From Actinomycetota bacterium (GTDB lineage Bacteria; Margulisbacteria; Marinamargulisbacteria; GCA-2716485), in the NCBI GenBank assembly GCA_002716485.1, contig PBBE01000005.1, positions 1 through 51,129 of the forward strand: a DNA stretch of 51,129 nucleotides, read 5' to 3'. Numbering within the stretch: the first letter of the stretch is position 1; the number at the start of each line of letters is the position of its first letter. The position numbers and the translations under genes are program-made. The notes under the pieces were generated by a model that was given only the letters and a program-made list of their open reading frames with translations, made no database searches and had not been told where the DNA came from. Below, piece by piece: positions 9,832 to 18,931 of the stretch.

Positions 9832-11637
9832 ATGAGTATTTCAATCGATCAGATTCGTAATTTTTGTATTATTGCTCATATTGATCATGGTAAGTCTACG
9901 TTGTCAGATCGATTGATTGAGATGACCCAGACCGTAGAGCGTCGACAAATGAAGGCGCAGCTGTTGGATTCTATGGACATTGAACGAGAGCGTGGTATTA
10001 CTATTAAAATGCAAGCCGTTCGCTTGCGTTACTTTGATAAGAACGGCGATTTATATATATTAAATTTAATTGATACGCCAGGTCACGTGGATTTTAGTTA
10101 TGAGGTGTCTCGGTCTTTGGCGGCATGTGAGGGGGCCTTGTTATTAGTGGATGCCGCTCAGGGTGTGGAGGCGCAGACCTTGTCTAATTTTTATTTGGCA
10201 TTAGAGCATGACTTAGAGATTATTCCAGTTTTAAATAAGATTGATTTGCCGGCGGCAGAACCCGAAAAAGTATTAATGGAAATTGAACAGGTGTTAGGCA
10301 TTCCAGCGGAAGATTGCTTGCTTTGTTCGGCGAAAACAGGGGTGGGGATTTCAGAGATATTGACGTCAGTGGTTGAGAAGGTACCGGCGCCAGTCGTCCA
10401 GGAGGAGACGGAGACGAAGGCGCTAATTTATGATGCTCATTATGATGATTATCGTGGCGTGATTACTTATGTTCGAGTGATGAGTGGCGTTTTAAAAAAG
10501 GGCCAAAAAGTTCAGTTTATGTCGACTCAAAAATCCTATGAGATTAGTGATTTGGGGTATTTTAAGCCACAAATGGTTTCAACGGAGTCGCTACATCCGG
10601 GGGATGTGGGTTTTTTGATTATGGGGATTAAGTCGGTTTCAGAAGCGAGTATAGGGGACACCATAACTGATTTTAAACGACCTGCCCAATCGCCATTATC
10701 GGGGTATCGAGAAGCCAAGCCGATGGTTTTTTGTGGGTTTTACCCGGTAGATACGGATGAGTATCGTTTATTAGGTGATGCGTTAGAAAAATTAAAACTT
10801 AATGATGCGTCTCTTAATTATGAAGTGGAGTCCTCCCAGGCCTTGGGTTTTGGGTTTCGCTGTGGGTTTTTGGGCTTGTTGCATATGGAGATTGTTCAAG
10901 AGCGGATTCAGAGAGAATTTGGGATCGAGATTGTCATTACAGCGCCTAATGTAACGTATCGAATCAAAAAAACCAATGGCGAGTGGCTGGATGTGGAAAG
11001 CCCGACCCAGTTTCCTAACCCCACATATATTGAGGAAATGTTAGAGCCCTATATGGGGCTTTCTGTGATTACGCCGAATTCGTATTTAGGGGCGGTGATG
11101 GAGTTGGTGAAAGAGTGTCGAGGTGAATATCAGAAAACGGAATACTTGGATGCGGAGCGTCAAATGGTAACGTATAAGATTCCTTTAAATGAGATCATTG
11201 GTCATTTTTTTGATGCGCTTAAATCCAGTACCAAAGGCTATGCCAGTATGGATTATTGGTATGATGATCATCGGTCTTCTAAGTTGGTGAAGGTGAATAT
11301 GATGATTAATGCTGATCCGGTGGATGCCTTGTCATTTATTGCCCATAAAGACAAAGCGGAAAGCATGGCCCGTCGTTTGGCATTAAAATTAAAAGATATT
11401 ATTCCCCGGCAACTTTATGAAGTGGCCATTCAAGGGACCATTGGTGGCAAGATTATTTGTCGTGAAACGGTACGTGCGATGCGTAAAAATGTTACAGCGA
11501 AATGTTATGGCGGGGATATTACTCGGAAGAGAAAGTTGTTGGAAAAACAAAAAGAGGGTAAAAAGAAGATGAAGAGTGTTGGTTCGGTGGACGTTCCGAA
11601 AGAGGCGTTTATTTCTATTCTTAAAATAGATCAATAG
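9832..11637 (+). CDS. lepA: Elongation factor 4 (translational GTPase LepA)
   Basis: 601 aa with GTPase motifs AHIDHGKST, DTPGHVDF and NKID. Collinearity is full-length, including the LepA-specific C-terminal domain. Confidence 0.97.
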   Translation: MSISIDQIRNFCIIAHIDHGKSTLSDRLIEMTQTVERRQMKAQLLDSMDIERERGITIKMQAVRLRYFDKNGDLYILNLIDTPGHVDFSYEVSRSLAACEGALLLVDAAQGVEAQTLSNFYLALEHDLEIIPVLNKIDLPAAEPEKVLMEIEQVLGIPAEDCLLCSAKTGVGISEILTSVVEKVPAPVVQEETETKALIYDAHYDDYRGVITYVRVMSGVLKKGQKVQFMSTQKSYEISDLGYFKPQMVSTESLHPGDVGFLIMGIKSVSEASIGDTITDFKRPAQSPLSGYREAKPMVFCGFYPVDTDEYRLLGDALEKLKLNDASLNYEVESSQALGFGFRCGFLGLLHMEIVQERIQREFGIEIVITAPNVTYRIKKTNGEWLDVESPTQFPNPTYIEEMLEPYMGLSVITPNSYLGAVMELVKECRGEYQKTEYLDAERQMVTYKIPLNEIIGHFFDALKSSTKGYASMDYWYDDHRSSKLVKVNMMINADPVDALSFIAHKDKAESMARRLALKLKDIIPRQLYEVAIQGTIGGKIICRETVRAMRKNVTAKCYGGDITRKRKLLEKQKEGKKKMKSVGSVDVPKEAFISILKIDQ

Positions 11638-11676
11638 GGTATATTTGGGGTGGTGTGAATGTGATCTAGGTACGAA

Positions 11677-11706
11677 CTTGCCTTGCTTGCTTTTATTTTG
11701 GTATAA
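11677..11706 (+). promoter_or_regulatory. Candidate sigma70-type promoter (TTGCCT-N18-TGgTATAAT)
   Basis: Read directly: -35-like TTGCCT at 11677..11682 and an extended -10 TGGTATAAT at 11698..11706. It sits in the 157-bp gap between lepA and the aminotransferase gene. Confidence 0.35.
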
Positions 11707-11794
11707 TGGAAGTTGATTCTTTTTTGTTTAAGGTTTTTTTAGGTGTCTCTTTTGCAGTTTTGCAGTTTGATATTGATGAATAGGGCGGTGTTGC

Positions 11795-12664
11795 ATGACT
11801 AACGTATTTCCATATGTGTCTAAAAATTTAGAGATAGTTCCTCAGGAGAGTTTGGCTTTTCCATATTTAGATTATGGGTATTTGTATGGCTATGGCTTAT
11901 TTGAGAGTGTTCGTGTTGAAGCGGGTGTGCCATTATTGATTCGAGATCATGTTACAAGGATGCGACGTGGAAGTATTATTTTGGATATTCCATTTCCATA
12001 TTCTCAAGATGAAATTTGTGAGAATATTATCCAATTAATTAAAAAGAACCAGGTTGAACAAGGGATATTGAACTTATACTTAACACCGGGTGATCGGCCG
12101 TCAGATCCGACTAATTTGAGTACTAGTACTCCTTTTTTATTGACTATTCTTCGTCCTTGGCCAGGATATGATTTGGCACAGACTGTGAGTTTAGAGATTC
12201 GGCAGTCGTCATTCCAACGGACGCCCTTGGATCGATTAAAGACCTTGTCCTGGATGAAAAATGTTTTAGAGAAGAATTTGACTAAAACGGCCGATGATGT
12301 GCTTTTATATGATCATAGTGGCGCCCTTTTAGAGGCCTCTTCTGCGAATGTGTTTTTGGTGAAAGGAAAGACATTGGTGACCCCTAAGGGCCCAGAGGTA
12401 TTGCAAGGAATTACGCGTCAGTTTTTATTGCACCATCAACAAGAGTTGGGGTATGAGGTTGTGTTAGAGCCGGTGCTTTTGGATCAATTAACGGACTTTG
12501 ATGAGCTCTTTTTAACCAATGCTTTAAAAGGGGTAATTTTGGTGTCGTCTGTGGATGGCGATGAGACATTATCTTCTAGAGAAGTGTCACGGCAAGTTCA
12601 GTTACGGTATCAACAGTTAATGACACGGTTTAGTCAAGAACAAGTATTATTAGATGTAAGCTAG
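11795..12664 (+). CDS. Class IV (fold type IV) PLP-dependent aminotransferase/lyase, PabC/IlvE/Dat-like
   Basis: 289 aa. It shows family blocks YGYGLFESVRV, LKTLSWMKNVL (candidate PLP lysine), ASSANVFLVKGKTLVTP, LQGITRQ and ELFLTNALKGV. The exact specificity cannot be assigned. Confidence 0.7.
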   Translation: MTNVFPYVSKNLEIVPQESLAFPYLDYGYLYGYGLFESVRVEAGVPLLIRDHVTRMRRGSIILDIPFPYSQDEICENIIQLIKKNQVEQGILNLYLTPGDRPSDPTNLSTSTPFLLTILRPWPGYDLAQTVSLEIRQSSFQRTPLDRLKTLSWMKNVLEKNLTKTADDVLLYDHSGALLEASSANVFLVKGKTLVTPKGPEVLQGITRQFLLHHQQELGYEVVLEPVLLDQLTDFDELFLTNALKGVILVSSVDGDETLSSREVSRQVQLRYQQLMTRFSQEQVLLDVS

Positions 12665-12750
12665 CGGTGTTAGCGGGGGTGGCTTGTTGTTGACTAAATA
12701 GGAGGGGTGTATGATTAGAATAGTTAGTTGTTAAAAGTAAAGGAGTCGGA

Positions 12751-14010
12751 ATGGATATGAATTTGGGTTCGGTTGGAGGGGATCACTCGGGACTGAATCG
12801 TCCTGTTAAAAGCCCTGGCACATCGGAAGAAGTTCAGCATTCTCATCGGGATGTGGGGGCGTCACGTACTTCAGATACCCAGGCGCCGGCTTCTGCCCCG
12901 GCTGTTACGCCGAGTCCGGATACAGAGCAAGCAACTCAGCCAGCAGTCCAGACTCAGGTCCGTCCTTTAACGGAGCAAGATGTGGTGGATCAGATTTTAC
13001 ATTTAAAAAAGCAACCTACTGCAGATGCCAAACAGATTGTGTCGGCACTTCTGCAATATGGTGCTGAAGTGAATGCCGGTAATATTGACATGATCGAGAC
13101 GTTTATTAAGGGTAAAAATAAAAAGGGACGTTTAATAGAGTCTGCAGCGGTGGCCATTGCGAAGGGGTTGTCCCAAAATGCGAAAGCGGTATCATTGTTG
13201 CATCAATTTTTTAATAATCAAATGCAGTTTTCTGAGCAATTGGGGTCATTAAAACAGGCGTTATCTGGGTTTTCTCAACTCATGGGTAAGCATGAGGAAT
13301 TGTTTGGGAAGGGTCTTTTTTCTGGATTAGGGGCATTGATATCAGACTTGGATGAATCTTTAAAGAAAATGACCAAAAAGAAGGGTGGGTTAGATTTTTC
13401 AGCGTTGATGAGGTCGGGCATGATTAAAAATTTGCATTTGTTTCATGGCTTTTTAGGAGGCTTGGCAGAAAAGCTTGGTCAACAAAACCCTAATGCGGCC
13501 ACTTTAAAAGCGGTTTTAGATCAGTTAAGTGGCCTTCGTTCAGGAGTGGGCGGTATGCTAGATAATTTATTGGCGCAGTTAATTTTATCCAAGCAATTTA
13601 AAGACTTTCCTATGGATATGGACCAGTTTAAATATTGGCAATTGCCTAATTTTATGGTGGCTTCACCTAAAAATATTGACTTATTAATTCGGCAAGATAA
13701 ATCCAAGGTTCGGGACTGTATTGACCCTAAAAATACACGGATTGTCATTCGAATGGAAACGGATGACTTGGGTGAAATTACCATTATGATTGATATTACA
13801 GATACCAAAGTTAGGTATTTATTTAAAACGTCTCAAACTCAGACTAAGCAGTTTATTTTGGATCATAGTAAGCAATTAAAGTCTCGGATGGAAGAGTTAA
13901 ATTATGAGGTGGTGGCCATTAAGACGACCATGAAAAAGATTGATGTGAAGAAGTTGCTTTTACCTACATTTAATTTGGACAATTTGAATCGGATTGTCAC
14001 GGAGGTATAG
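12751..14010 (+). CDS. fliK: Flagellar hook-length control protein FliK-like
   Basis: 419 aa with a low-complexity Pro/Ala/Thr/Gln N-terminus. The C-terminus has a Flg_hook-type block (LGEITIMIDITDTKVRYLFKTSQTQTKQFILDHSKQLKSRMEELNYEV). It is the first gene of the flagellar cluster. Confidence 0.65.
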   Translation: MDMNLGSVGGDHSGLNRPVKSPGTSEEVQHSHRDVGASRTSDTQAPASAPAVTPSPDTEQATQPAVQTQVRPLTEQDVVDQILHLKKQPTADAKQIVSALLQYGAEVNAGNIDMIETFIKGKNKKGRLIESAAVAIAKGLSQNAKAVSLLHQFFNNQMQFSEQLGSLKQALSGFSQLMGKHEELFGKGLFSGLGALISDLDESLKKMTKKKGGLDFSALMRSGMIKNLHLFHGFLGGLAEKLGQQNPNAATLKAVLDQLSGLRSGVGGMLDNLLAQLILSKQFKDFPMDMDQFKYWQLPNFMVASPKNIDLLIRQDKSKVRDCIDPKNTRIVIRMETDDLGEITIMIDITDTKVRYLFKTSQTQTKQFILDHSKQLKSRMEELNYEVVAIKTTMKKIDVKKLLLPTFNLDNLNRIVTEV

Positions 14011-14011
14011 G

Positions 14012-14392
14012 ATGAGTAAGTCCCCTAAAAAACCTAAAAAAGGGTTTTCTAAGTCTATTCAACAGAAGTTTAAGCGCTCGGTGGACCAATTAGATTTACC
14101 GGAGGTATCTAAGCGTCAGGCATTTGCTTTGAAGTATGATTTAAAAAAGGATAAAGCGCCGCGTTTGGTAGCGTCAGGGAAAGGCGCTTTTGCGGATACG
14201 ATTTTGGCGTTGGCGGAAGAGCATCGTATTCCTTTTTATGAAGATAAGGGGCTGACAAAGTTAATGGAAAAACTTCATGTGTCCCAGGAGATTCCTGCTG
14301 AGTTATATTCGTTGGTGGCCGAGATGTTTGCCTTTGTGTATCAGTTGGATCAGTTATCTAAAAAGAAGCGTCAGCGAAGGAAGCGTCGTTAA
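14012..14392 (+). CDS. Stand-alone FlhB C-terminal (FlhB_CC) domain protein
   Basis: ORF 13994..14392; GGAGG lies 6 nt before the ATG at 14012. QAFALKYDLKKDKAPRLVASGKGAFADTILALAEEHRIPFYEDKGLTKLM...IPAELYSLVAEMFAFVYQL aligns to the part of FlhB after the NPTH cleavage site. There are no TM segments and no NPTH motif. Confidence 0.8.
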   Translation: MSKSPKKPKKGFSKSIQQKFKRSVDQLDLPEVSKRQAFALKYDLKKDKAPRLVASGKGAFADTILALAEEHRIPFYEDKGLTKLMEKLHVSQEIPAELYSLVAEMFAFVYQLDQLSKKKRQRRKRR

Positions 14393-14490
14393 CTATGAGA
14401 AGCGTTTGGATGTCATTTTTAAAGTTCGCATGTTTAAGATCTCAAATAGGGGGTATATCTTTAATAGTCTTATGTATGGGGAGTCCAGTA

Positions 14491-15222
14491 ATGGCATATA
14501 CTGATTATAATGAAATTACAGATCGTGGGATTAAAGATAATGTCTTTGCAATGCGGGCATTTCAGGTTCACTATACTAACTTTATGTTTTATACGATCAA
14601 TGTAGCGACCCCTGGTTTTATTGAGGAAGGCACCTATAATACCCGTCGAAAAGGGACCCGCCGGATCGACTTTGTGCCTTTTTATCGCTGGCGGTCTGGT
14701 CCGGTAGTTGAGACCAATCGCCCTTTGGATTTTTATCTCGATGCGTCAAGTCGGGGCTTTTTTGTGATTAAATTTCCCACAACATTTGTGTATACTAGAG
14801 ATGGACGCTTTCGTTTGGATTCAAGAAATCGCTTGGTCACCATGTCGGGGCACTATCCGGTTATGGGTGAAGGGGGCGAGATTTTTTTGCCAGAAGGCAG
14901 TGTTTCGGTGGCTCGCTCGGGGATGATTTTTGTGGATGGTGAACCGGTGGATCGGATTAAAGTGGCGGTATTTAAAAGTTTTAAGGATATGCAAAATATG
15001 GAAACATTAAATGGGTCATTTTTTATTTTAACCAAACCTATTGACACATTGGAAGGACAAGAGCATTATGGGGTTGTACAGGGATACTTAGAGGAAAATA
15101 ACGTATTAAAGGCCATAACGGGAGATATATTATTTGCAAAAAATTCATTTGATGTGAATGCAAAGTCTGCTCAGATGCTTAATCGGGCATTATCCACATC
15201 AGCGTCATTTATTGCACCATAA
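14491..15222 (+). CDS. flgF: Flagellar basal-body rod protein FlgF-like
   Basis: ORF 14395..15222. GGGGAG lies 7 nt before the ATG at 14491, which gives a canonical-length N-terminus. It has a divergent rod N-motif (YTINVATPGFIE) and the rod C-terminal block (HYGVVQGYLEENNVL). A start at 14395 is possible. Confidence 0.7.
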   Translation: MAYTDYNEITDRGIKDNVFAMRAFQVHYTNFMFYTINVATPGFIEEGTYNTRRKGTRRIDFVPFYRWRSGPVVETNRPLDFYLDASSRGFFVIKFPTTFVYTRDGRFRLDSRNRLVTMSGHYPVMGEGGEIFLPEGSVSVARSGMIFVDGEPVDRIKVAVFKSFKDMQNMETLNGSFFILTKPIDTLEGQEHYGVVQGYLEENNVLKAITGDILFAKNSFDVNAKSAQMLNRALSTSASFIAP

Positions 15223-15253
15223 CGAGTTAATAAAAATAGAAGGGAGTTAAGCA

Positions 15254-16057
15254 ATGTTATCACAATTATTTATGGCGAAATCAGCGTTTTTTGCGTTTGA
15301 AAGAAAAATGCAGGTTGTAGCCAACAATATTATGAATGCTCAAACGGTGGGCTTTAAGAAGCGCCGTATGGAAATGGAAAGTATTTTTCCATTGATTTTG
15401 GAGAAATCATATTCGGAGTTTGAAGAGGCGTCGCGTGGAACCGGTAAAAAACGGAAACATTATATGGAGTATGGTCAAGGGGTCCGGATTTCAGATGTGA
15501 CTAAAGATTTTAGTACTGGGACTATTGAGATGACGAATCAGCCGTTGGATGTGGCCATTCAAGGGAAAGGGTTTTTGCAGTTTCGGATGCCAGATGGCCG
15601 GATTATGTACTCTCGGGCAGGAAATTTGACCATGGATCAGGACGGTAATATTATGGATGCGAACGGTCATCCCATGGAGCCCGCCTTAAGAATGCCACGA
15701 AATGTCTCGGAGTTTATTATTAATGAAGAGGGCCGGGTTTTTGTTCGGGTGGGTGAAGAGGTCCAACCCAGAGAGGTGGGGCAGTTAATGTTGGCTCATT
15801 TTCCGAACCAAAAAGGGCTTAAAGATATTGGTCAGAATTTATTTGAGGAAACTGCGGCATCAGGCCAACCGGAAACGGCGTTACCAGGTCGGGATGGGTT
15901 GGGTAGTATTAAGCAGCGGGCCTTGGAGTTTTCCAATGTTAATATTGTAGAAGAGATGATGCAGATGCTGATGACCCAGCGGACCTTTGAGTTGGTGGTC
16001 AAGACCATTGGTTCAGCGGATGCAATGTTGAAGATCGCTAGTGATATCAATAAATAG
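15254..16057 (+). CDS. flgG: Flagellar distal rod protein FlgG
   Basis: 267 aa with a canonical N-motif (MQVVANNIMNAQTVGFKK). The C-terminus is also canonical (IKQRALEFSNVNIVEEMMQMLMTQRTFE). Confidence 0.9.
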   Translation: MLSQLFMAKSAFFAFERKMQVVANNIMNAQTVGFKKRRMEMESIFPLILEKSYSEFEEASRGTGKKRKHYMEYGQGVRISDVTKDFSTGTIEMTNQPLDVAIQGKGFLQFRMPDGRIMYSRAGNLTMDQDGNIMDANGHPMEPALRMPRNVSEFIINEEGRVFVRVGEEVQPREVGQLMLAHFPNQKGLKDIGQNLFEETAASGQPETALPGRDGLGSIKQRALEFSNVNIVEEMMQMLMTQRTFELVVKTIGSADAMLKIASDINK

Positions 16058-16772
16058 ATCATTTATTTTAGGGAGCTTATTTTCCTTAGTCGCATCGTCC
16101 TTATTGGCGTTGCCGGCGGATAAAGCGGTGATTCTGGCTTCGGTTCAATCTGAATTGCAGCAGCGGCTCTTAAGTGAGTATCCGTTTTTGAATGATGATG
16201 ACCTTCAGATTACTTTAAATTCATCGGCGTTAGTGATTGCGGATGATTCAAACTTTTCTCGTGCTAAGGTCCGTTACCCATCTCATAATAAGGTGTTGGG
16301 TCGATTGTCTTTGCCGGTGTTTTTTTATAATGCGAATGAGGAGTTGGTAGTGACTCAGCATGTGATTTCAAATGCGGATGCCAAGGCGACTTTTTATTAT
16401 TTGAAAGATAAAGCGCATCGTTATGAGCTTGTTGATAAGGGGTTATTTGAGTCACGACTGGAGTGGATGTATGGCCAGCCTGATCGTGCGATTCGTGATA
16501 TTGGACTTGTGTCAGGTCAAGAGTTTAAATATCGGGTGAGTAAGGGCAGTATTTTGTCTTCGGATATGTTACAAGCGGTGCCGGTAATTCGTTGTCAGGG
16601 CAAGGTATTTGCTATACTTAAATCAGGAGGGGTCGAAGTGAAGGCCAAAGCGGTGGCGTTAGAAGACGGGAATCAGGGTGACTTGATTCGGGTAAAGGCC
16701 TTATTGTCCCAAAAAGAGTTACAAGGAAGGGTGATGGATGATCAAACAGTTTTCGTTACTTTTTTGGATTAG
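16041..16772 (+). CDS. flgA: Flagellar P-ring assembly chaperone FlgA
   Basis: 243 aa with a GTG start and a signal peptide. The C-terminus is SAF/FlgA-like (ILSSDMLQAVPVIRCQGKVFAILKSGGVEVKAKAVALEDGNQGDLIRVK). It lies between flgG and flgH. Confidence 0.7.
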   Translation: MISINRSFILGSLFSLVASSLLALPADKAVILASVQSELQQRLLSEYPFLNDDDLQITLNSSALVIADDSNFSRAKVRYPSHNKVLGRLSLPVFFYNANEELVVTQHVISNADAKATFYYLKDKAHRYELVDKGLFESRLEWMYGQPDRAIRDIGLVSGQEFKYRVSKGSILSSDMLQAVPVIRCQGKVFAILKSGGVEVKAKAVALEDGNQGDLIRVKALLSQKELQGRVMDDQTVFVTFLD

Positions 16773-17355
16773 TATTTGGATGATGGCCCTGATGGGCCCG
16801 GCCATATCGGATTCCTTATGGGATTATTCTCAGGGGCCTTTTTATGGCGTCTCAAAGCGTCAGATCCAAATAGGAGATAATATTACTGTTTATATTTCAG
16901 AATCCACAGCAGCGGTGCAAGAGGCGACGACTCGGACCAATAAAGACTCGTCTTTAGGCTCAACATTATTGAGTAGTTGGGATCAGGTGGCCAATTTATT
17001 AGGTAATGAGACCATTCGTAAGACCTTTGATTTTCAGTTGGGCGGTAATGACCAGTATCAAGGGGCGGGTCAGACGTCACGGCGAAGTAATGTGAAAGCG
17101 GTGCTTACGGCACAAGTGACTGAGATTTATCCGAATGGGAACTTATATGTGATGGGAGATCACAAAGTAAAAGTTAATAATGAAGTAGAGACGGTTCGGG
17201 TATCTGGGATTATTCGATTGGCGGATATTTCTGCCCAAAATAGTGTGTATTCGTATCAGATCGCCAAAGCGGTGGTCTCGGTTAATGGTGCAGGGGTGGT
17301 GGCAGCGAAGCAGACCCCGGGACTGGTGACCAAAATGTTTAATTGGTTGTTCTAG
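16738..17355 (+). CDS. flgH: Flagellar L-ring protein FlgH
   Basis: 205 aa with a signal peptide and FlgH blocks (SLWDYSQGPFY, IGDNITVYISE, YPNGNLYVMGDHKVKVNNEVETVRVSGIIRLADI). The protein contains no cysteine at all. Confidence 0.85.
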   Translation: MIKQFSLLFWISIWMMALMGPAISDSLWDYSQGPFYGVSKRQIQIGDNITVYISESTAAVQEATTRTNKDSSLGSTLLSSWDQVANLLGNETIRKTFDFQLGGNDQYQGAGQTSRRSNVKAVLTAQVTEIYPNGNLYVMGDHKVKVNNEVETVRVSGIIRLADISAQNSVYSYQIAKAVVSVNGAGVVAAKQTPGLVTKMFNWLF

Positions 17356-17383
17356 TGAGGATTAAGATGATAGGGTGTAAGAA

Positions 17384-18508
17384 ATGTTAACTCGACTAAT
17401 ACGTGTAATAGGGATGATAATGGCGGTGATGACACTGAGTGTTGCCCCTATTCAAGCGCAGGTATCCTTGCAAGAGATTTCTTCGGAGCGGCACCAAGTA
17501 CGACTCAAAGATATTGGTAAAATTATTGAGGTTCGAGAGAACCAGTTAATGGGATTTGGTTTAGTAGTGGGGCTTCGAAATACGGGAGATTCTCGATCCA
17601 CGGGCTTTACTCATTTGGCGTTACGGAATCTATTGGGGAAGATGGGGGTTTCGACGGGGGGCGCAAACTTTAACTCTCGGAATGTGGCGGCGGTGATGGT
17701 CACGGCGTCTTTGCCTCCTTTTACGAAAAAAGGGCAGCGGATCCCGGTGAATGTTTCGGCGTTGGGAGATAGTCGGAGTTTGAATGGCGGGACCTTGTTA
17801 TTGACCCCTTTGCAGGGCCCTGATTTGGTGACTTATGCAGTGGCCCAAGGGTCATTGTCGGTATCTGGGGTGAATGAGCAGTCGGGAGCGGCGGAATTGA
17901 GGCGGAATTTGACCACGGTAGGGACCTTGCCGGACGGGGCCATTGTGGAAGCGGAAGTTCCGGTGACCTTTGTCGATCAACATAATATAACGATTGTATT
18001 GAATGACTCGAATTTTATTACGGTCTCTCGGGCGACAGTAGCGATCCAGGAGATAGGGTTTCGAGGTGCGAAGGCCATTGATGCGAACACGATTAAGGTC
18101 CCATTGTCGGATTTGGATTCCTCGGATTTGATTGCCACAATCGCCGAGCTAGAAGATGTGTTGGTGGTCCCGGACTCTTCATCTAAGATTATTGTTAATG
18201 CAAGGACTGGAACGGTGGTGATTGGGGAGAAGGTCCGATTATTTCCAGTGGCCTTGACCCATGGCGGTATTTCGATAAGGATCTCTGAGCAGCAAGGGGC
18301 AGCGGCCTTTGGAGGGGAAGGGACGGCACCGCCCCCTATTGAAGTTTCGGAGGGTGAGAATCAGTTAATTTATTTGAATCCGACGGCGTCTTTGTCTAGT
18401 TTGGTGAACGCTTTAAATGAGATTGGGGCAAGCCCAAAAGACTTGATTTCTATTATTGAAGCGTTGAAAGAGTCTGGCGCGTTGGTGGGCAAAATTGAGG
18501 TGATGTGA
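17384..18508 (+). CDS. flgI: Flagellar P-ring protein FlgI
   Basis: 374 aa with a signal peptide. It carries FlgI blocks (RLKDIGKIIEVRENQLMGFGLVVGLRNTGD, NVAAVMVTASLPPF, LISIIEALKESGALVGKIEVM). Confidence 0.92.
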   Translation: MLTRLIRVIGMIMAVMTLSVAPIQAQVSLQEISSERHQVRLKDIGKIIEVRENQLMGFGLVVGLRNTGDSRSTGFTHLALRNLLGKMGVSTGGANFNSRNVAAVMVTASLPPFTKKGQRIPVNVSALGDSRSLNGGTLLLTPLQGPDLVTYAVAQGSLSVSGVNEQSGAAELRRNLTTVGTLPDGAIVEAEVPVTFVDQHNITIVLNDSNFITVSRATVAIQEIGFRGAKAIDANTIKVPLSDLDSSDLIATIAELEDVLVVPDSSSKIIVNARTGTVVIGEKVRLFPVALTHGGISIRISEQQGAAAFGGEGTAPPPIEVSEGENQLIYLNPTASLSSLVNALNEIGASPKDLISIIEALKESGALVGKIEVM

Positions 18509-18858
18509 TGACACGATTATGGGGTGTTTTGATAGGGATGTTTTTGGCGATGCCAGTAACGGCCCAAATTGATTATATGCCTTTGATGGACTATCGGGAC
18601 ATGCAAGGTAGTCAGATGTCACGTCAAGACCGAAAGAAGTTATCGGAAGAGCTTCAGGTCTACTTTCTTCAAACGATTTTTACTAAGAATATGTTCCAGA
18701 ATTCGGCTATTTCTCTAGGAGATGTGGGTGATGAGAGCATTATTAGTTCCAGTGCGGGCACGATGTCTTTTGTAAATGATTTTTTTGCCAAAGAAATGGC
18801 CCGAAAGTTGGCCAAGCAAGATGTATTAGGGTTGAACGCTATTTTGGGATTAGAGTGA
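18508..18858 (+). CDS. Rod-binding (FlgJ N-terminal domain-like) protein
   Basis: GAGGTG lies 5 nt before the ATG at 18508. The hydrophobic N-terminus resembles a signal peptide (MTRLWGVLIGMFLAMPVTA-QI). A rod-binding-type block follows (LSEELQVYFLQTIFTKNMFQ). There is no muramidase domain. Confidence 0.6.
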   Translation: MTRLWGVLIGMFLAMPVTAQIDYMPLMDYRDMQGSQMSRQDRKKLSEELQVYFLQTIFTKNMFQNSAISLGDVGDESIISSSAGTMSFVNDFFAKEMARKLAKQDVLGLNAILGLE

Positions 18859-18864
18859 TATAAT
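18856..18864 (+). promoter_or_regulatory. Extended -10 element TGATATAAT upstream of fliA
   Basis: Read directly. It overlaps the flgJ-like stop codon, 68 nt before the fliA start. The 9-mer is identical to the one upstream of fliE. No clear -35 element is present. Confidence 0.3.
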
Positions 18865-18931
18865 AGAAAAAGAAGGGGGGAGAAATGGATAGAGGAGTCA
18901 GGGTCTGGATAACGGAATTTCGAAAGAGACA

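Noticed and set aside
12690-12721. TTGACT ... TATGAT / TAGAAT upstream of fliK as a promoter.
   Set aside because: The spacings of 14 and 20 nt do not fit sigma70, and no TAAA-N15-GCCGATAA sigma-28 match is present.
14395-14490. Hydrophobic N-terminal extension of FlgF. A similar extension of FlgC lies at 19976..20080.
   Set aside because: Downstream ATGs (14491 with GGGGAG; 20081) give canonical rod-protein N-termini. The extensions are probably read-through of G+T-rich intergenic DNA. They are kept only as a caveat within the Sec-signal finding.
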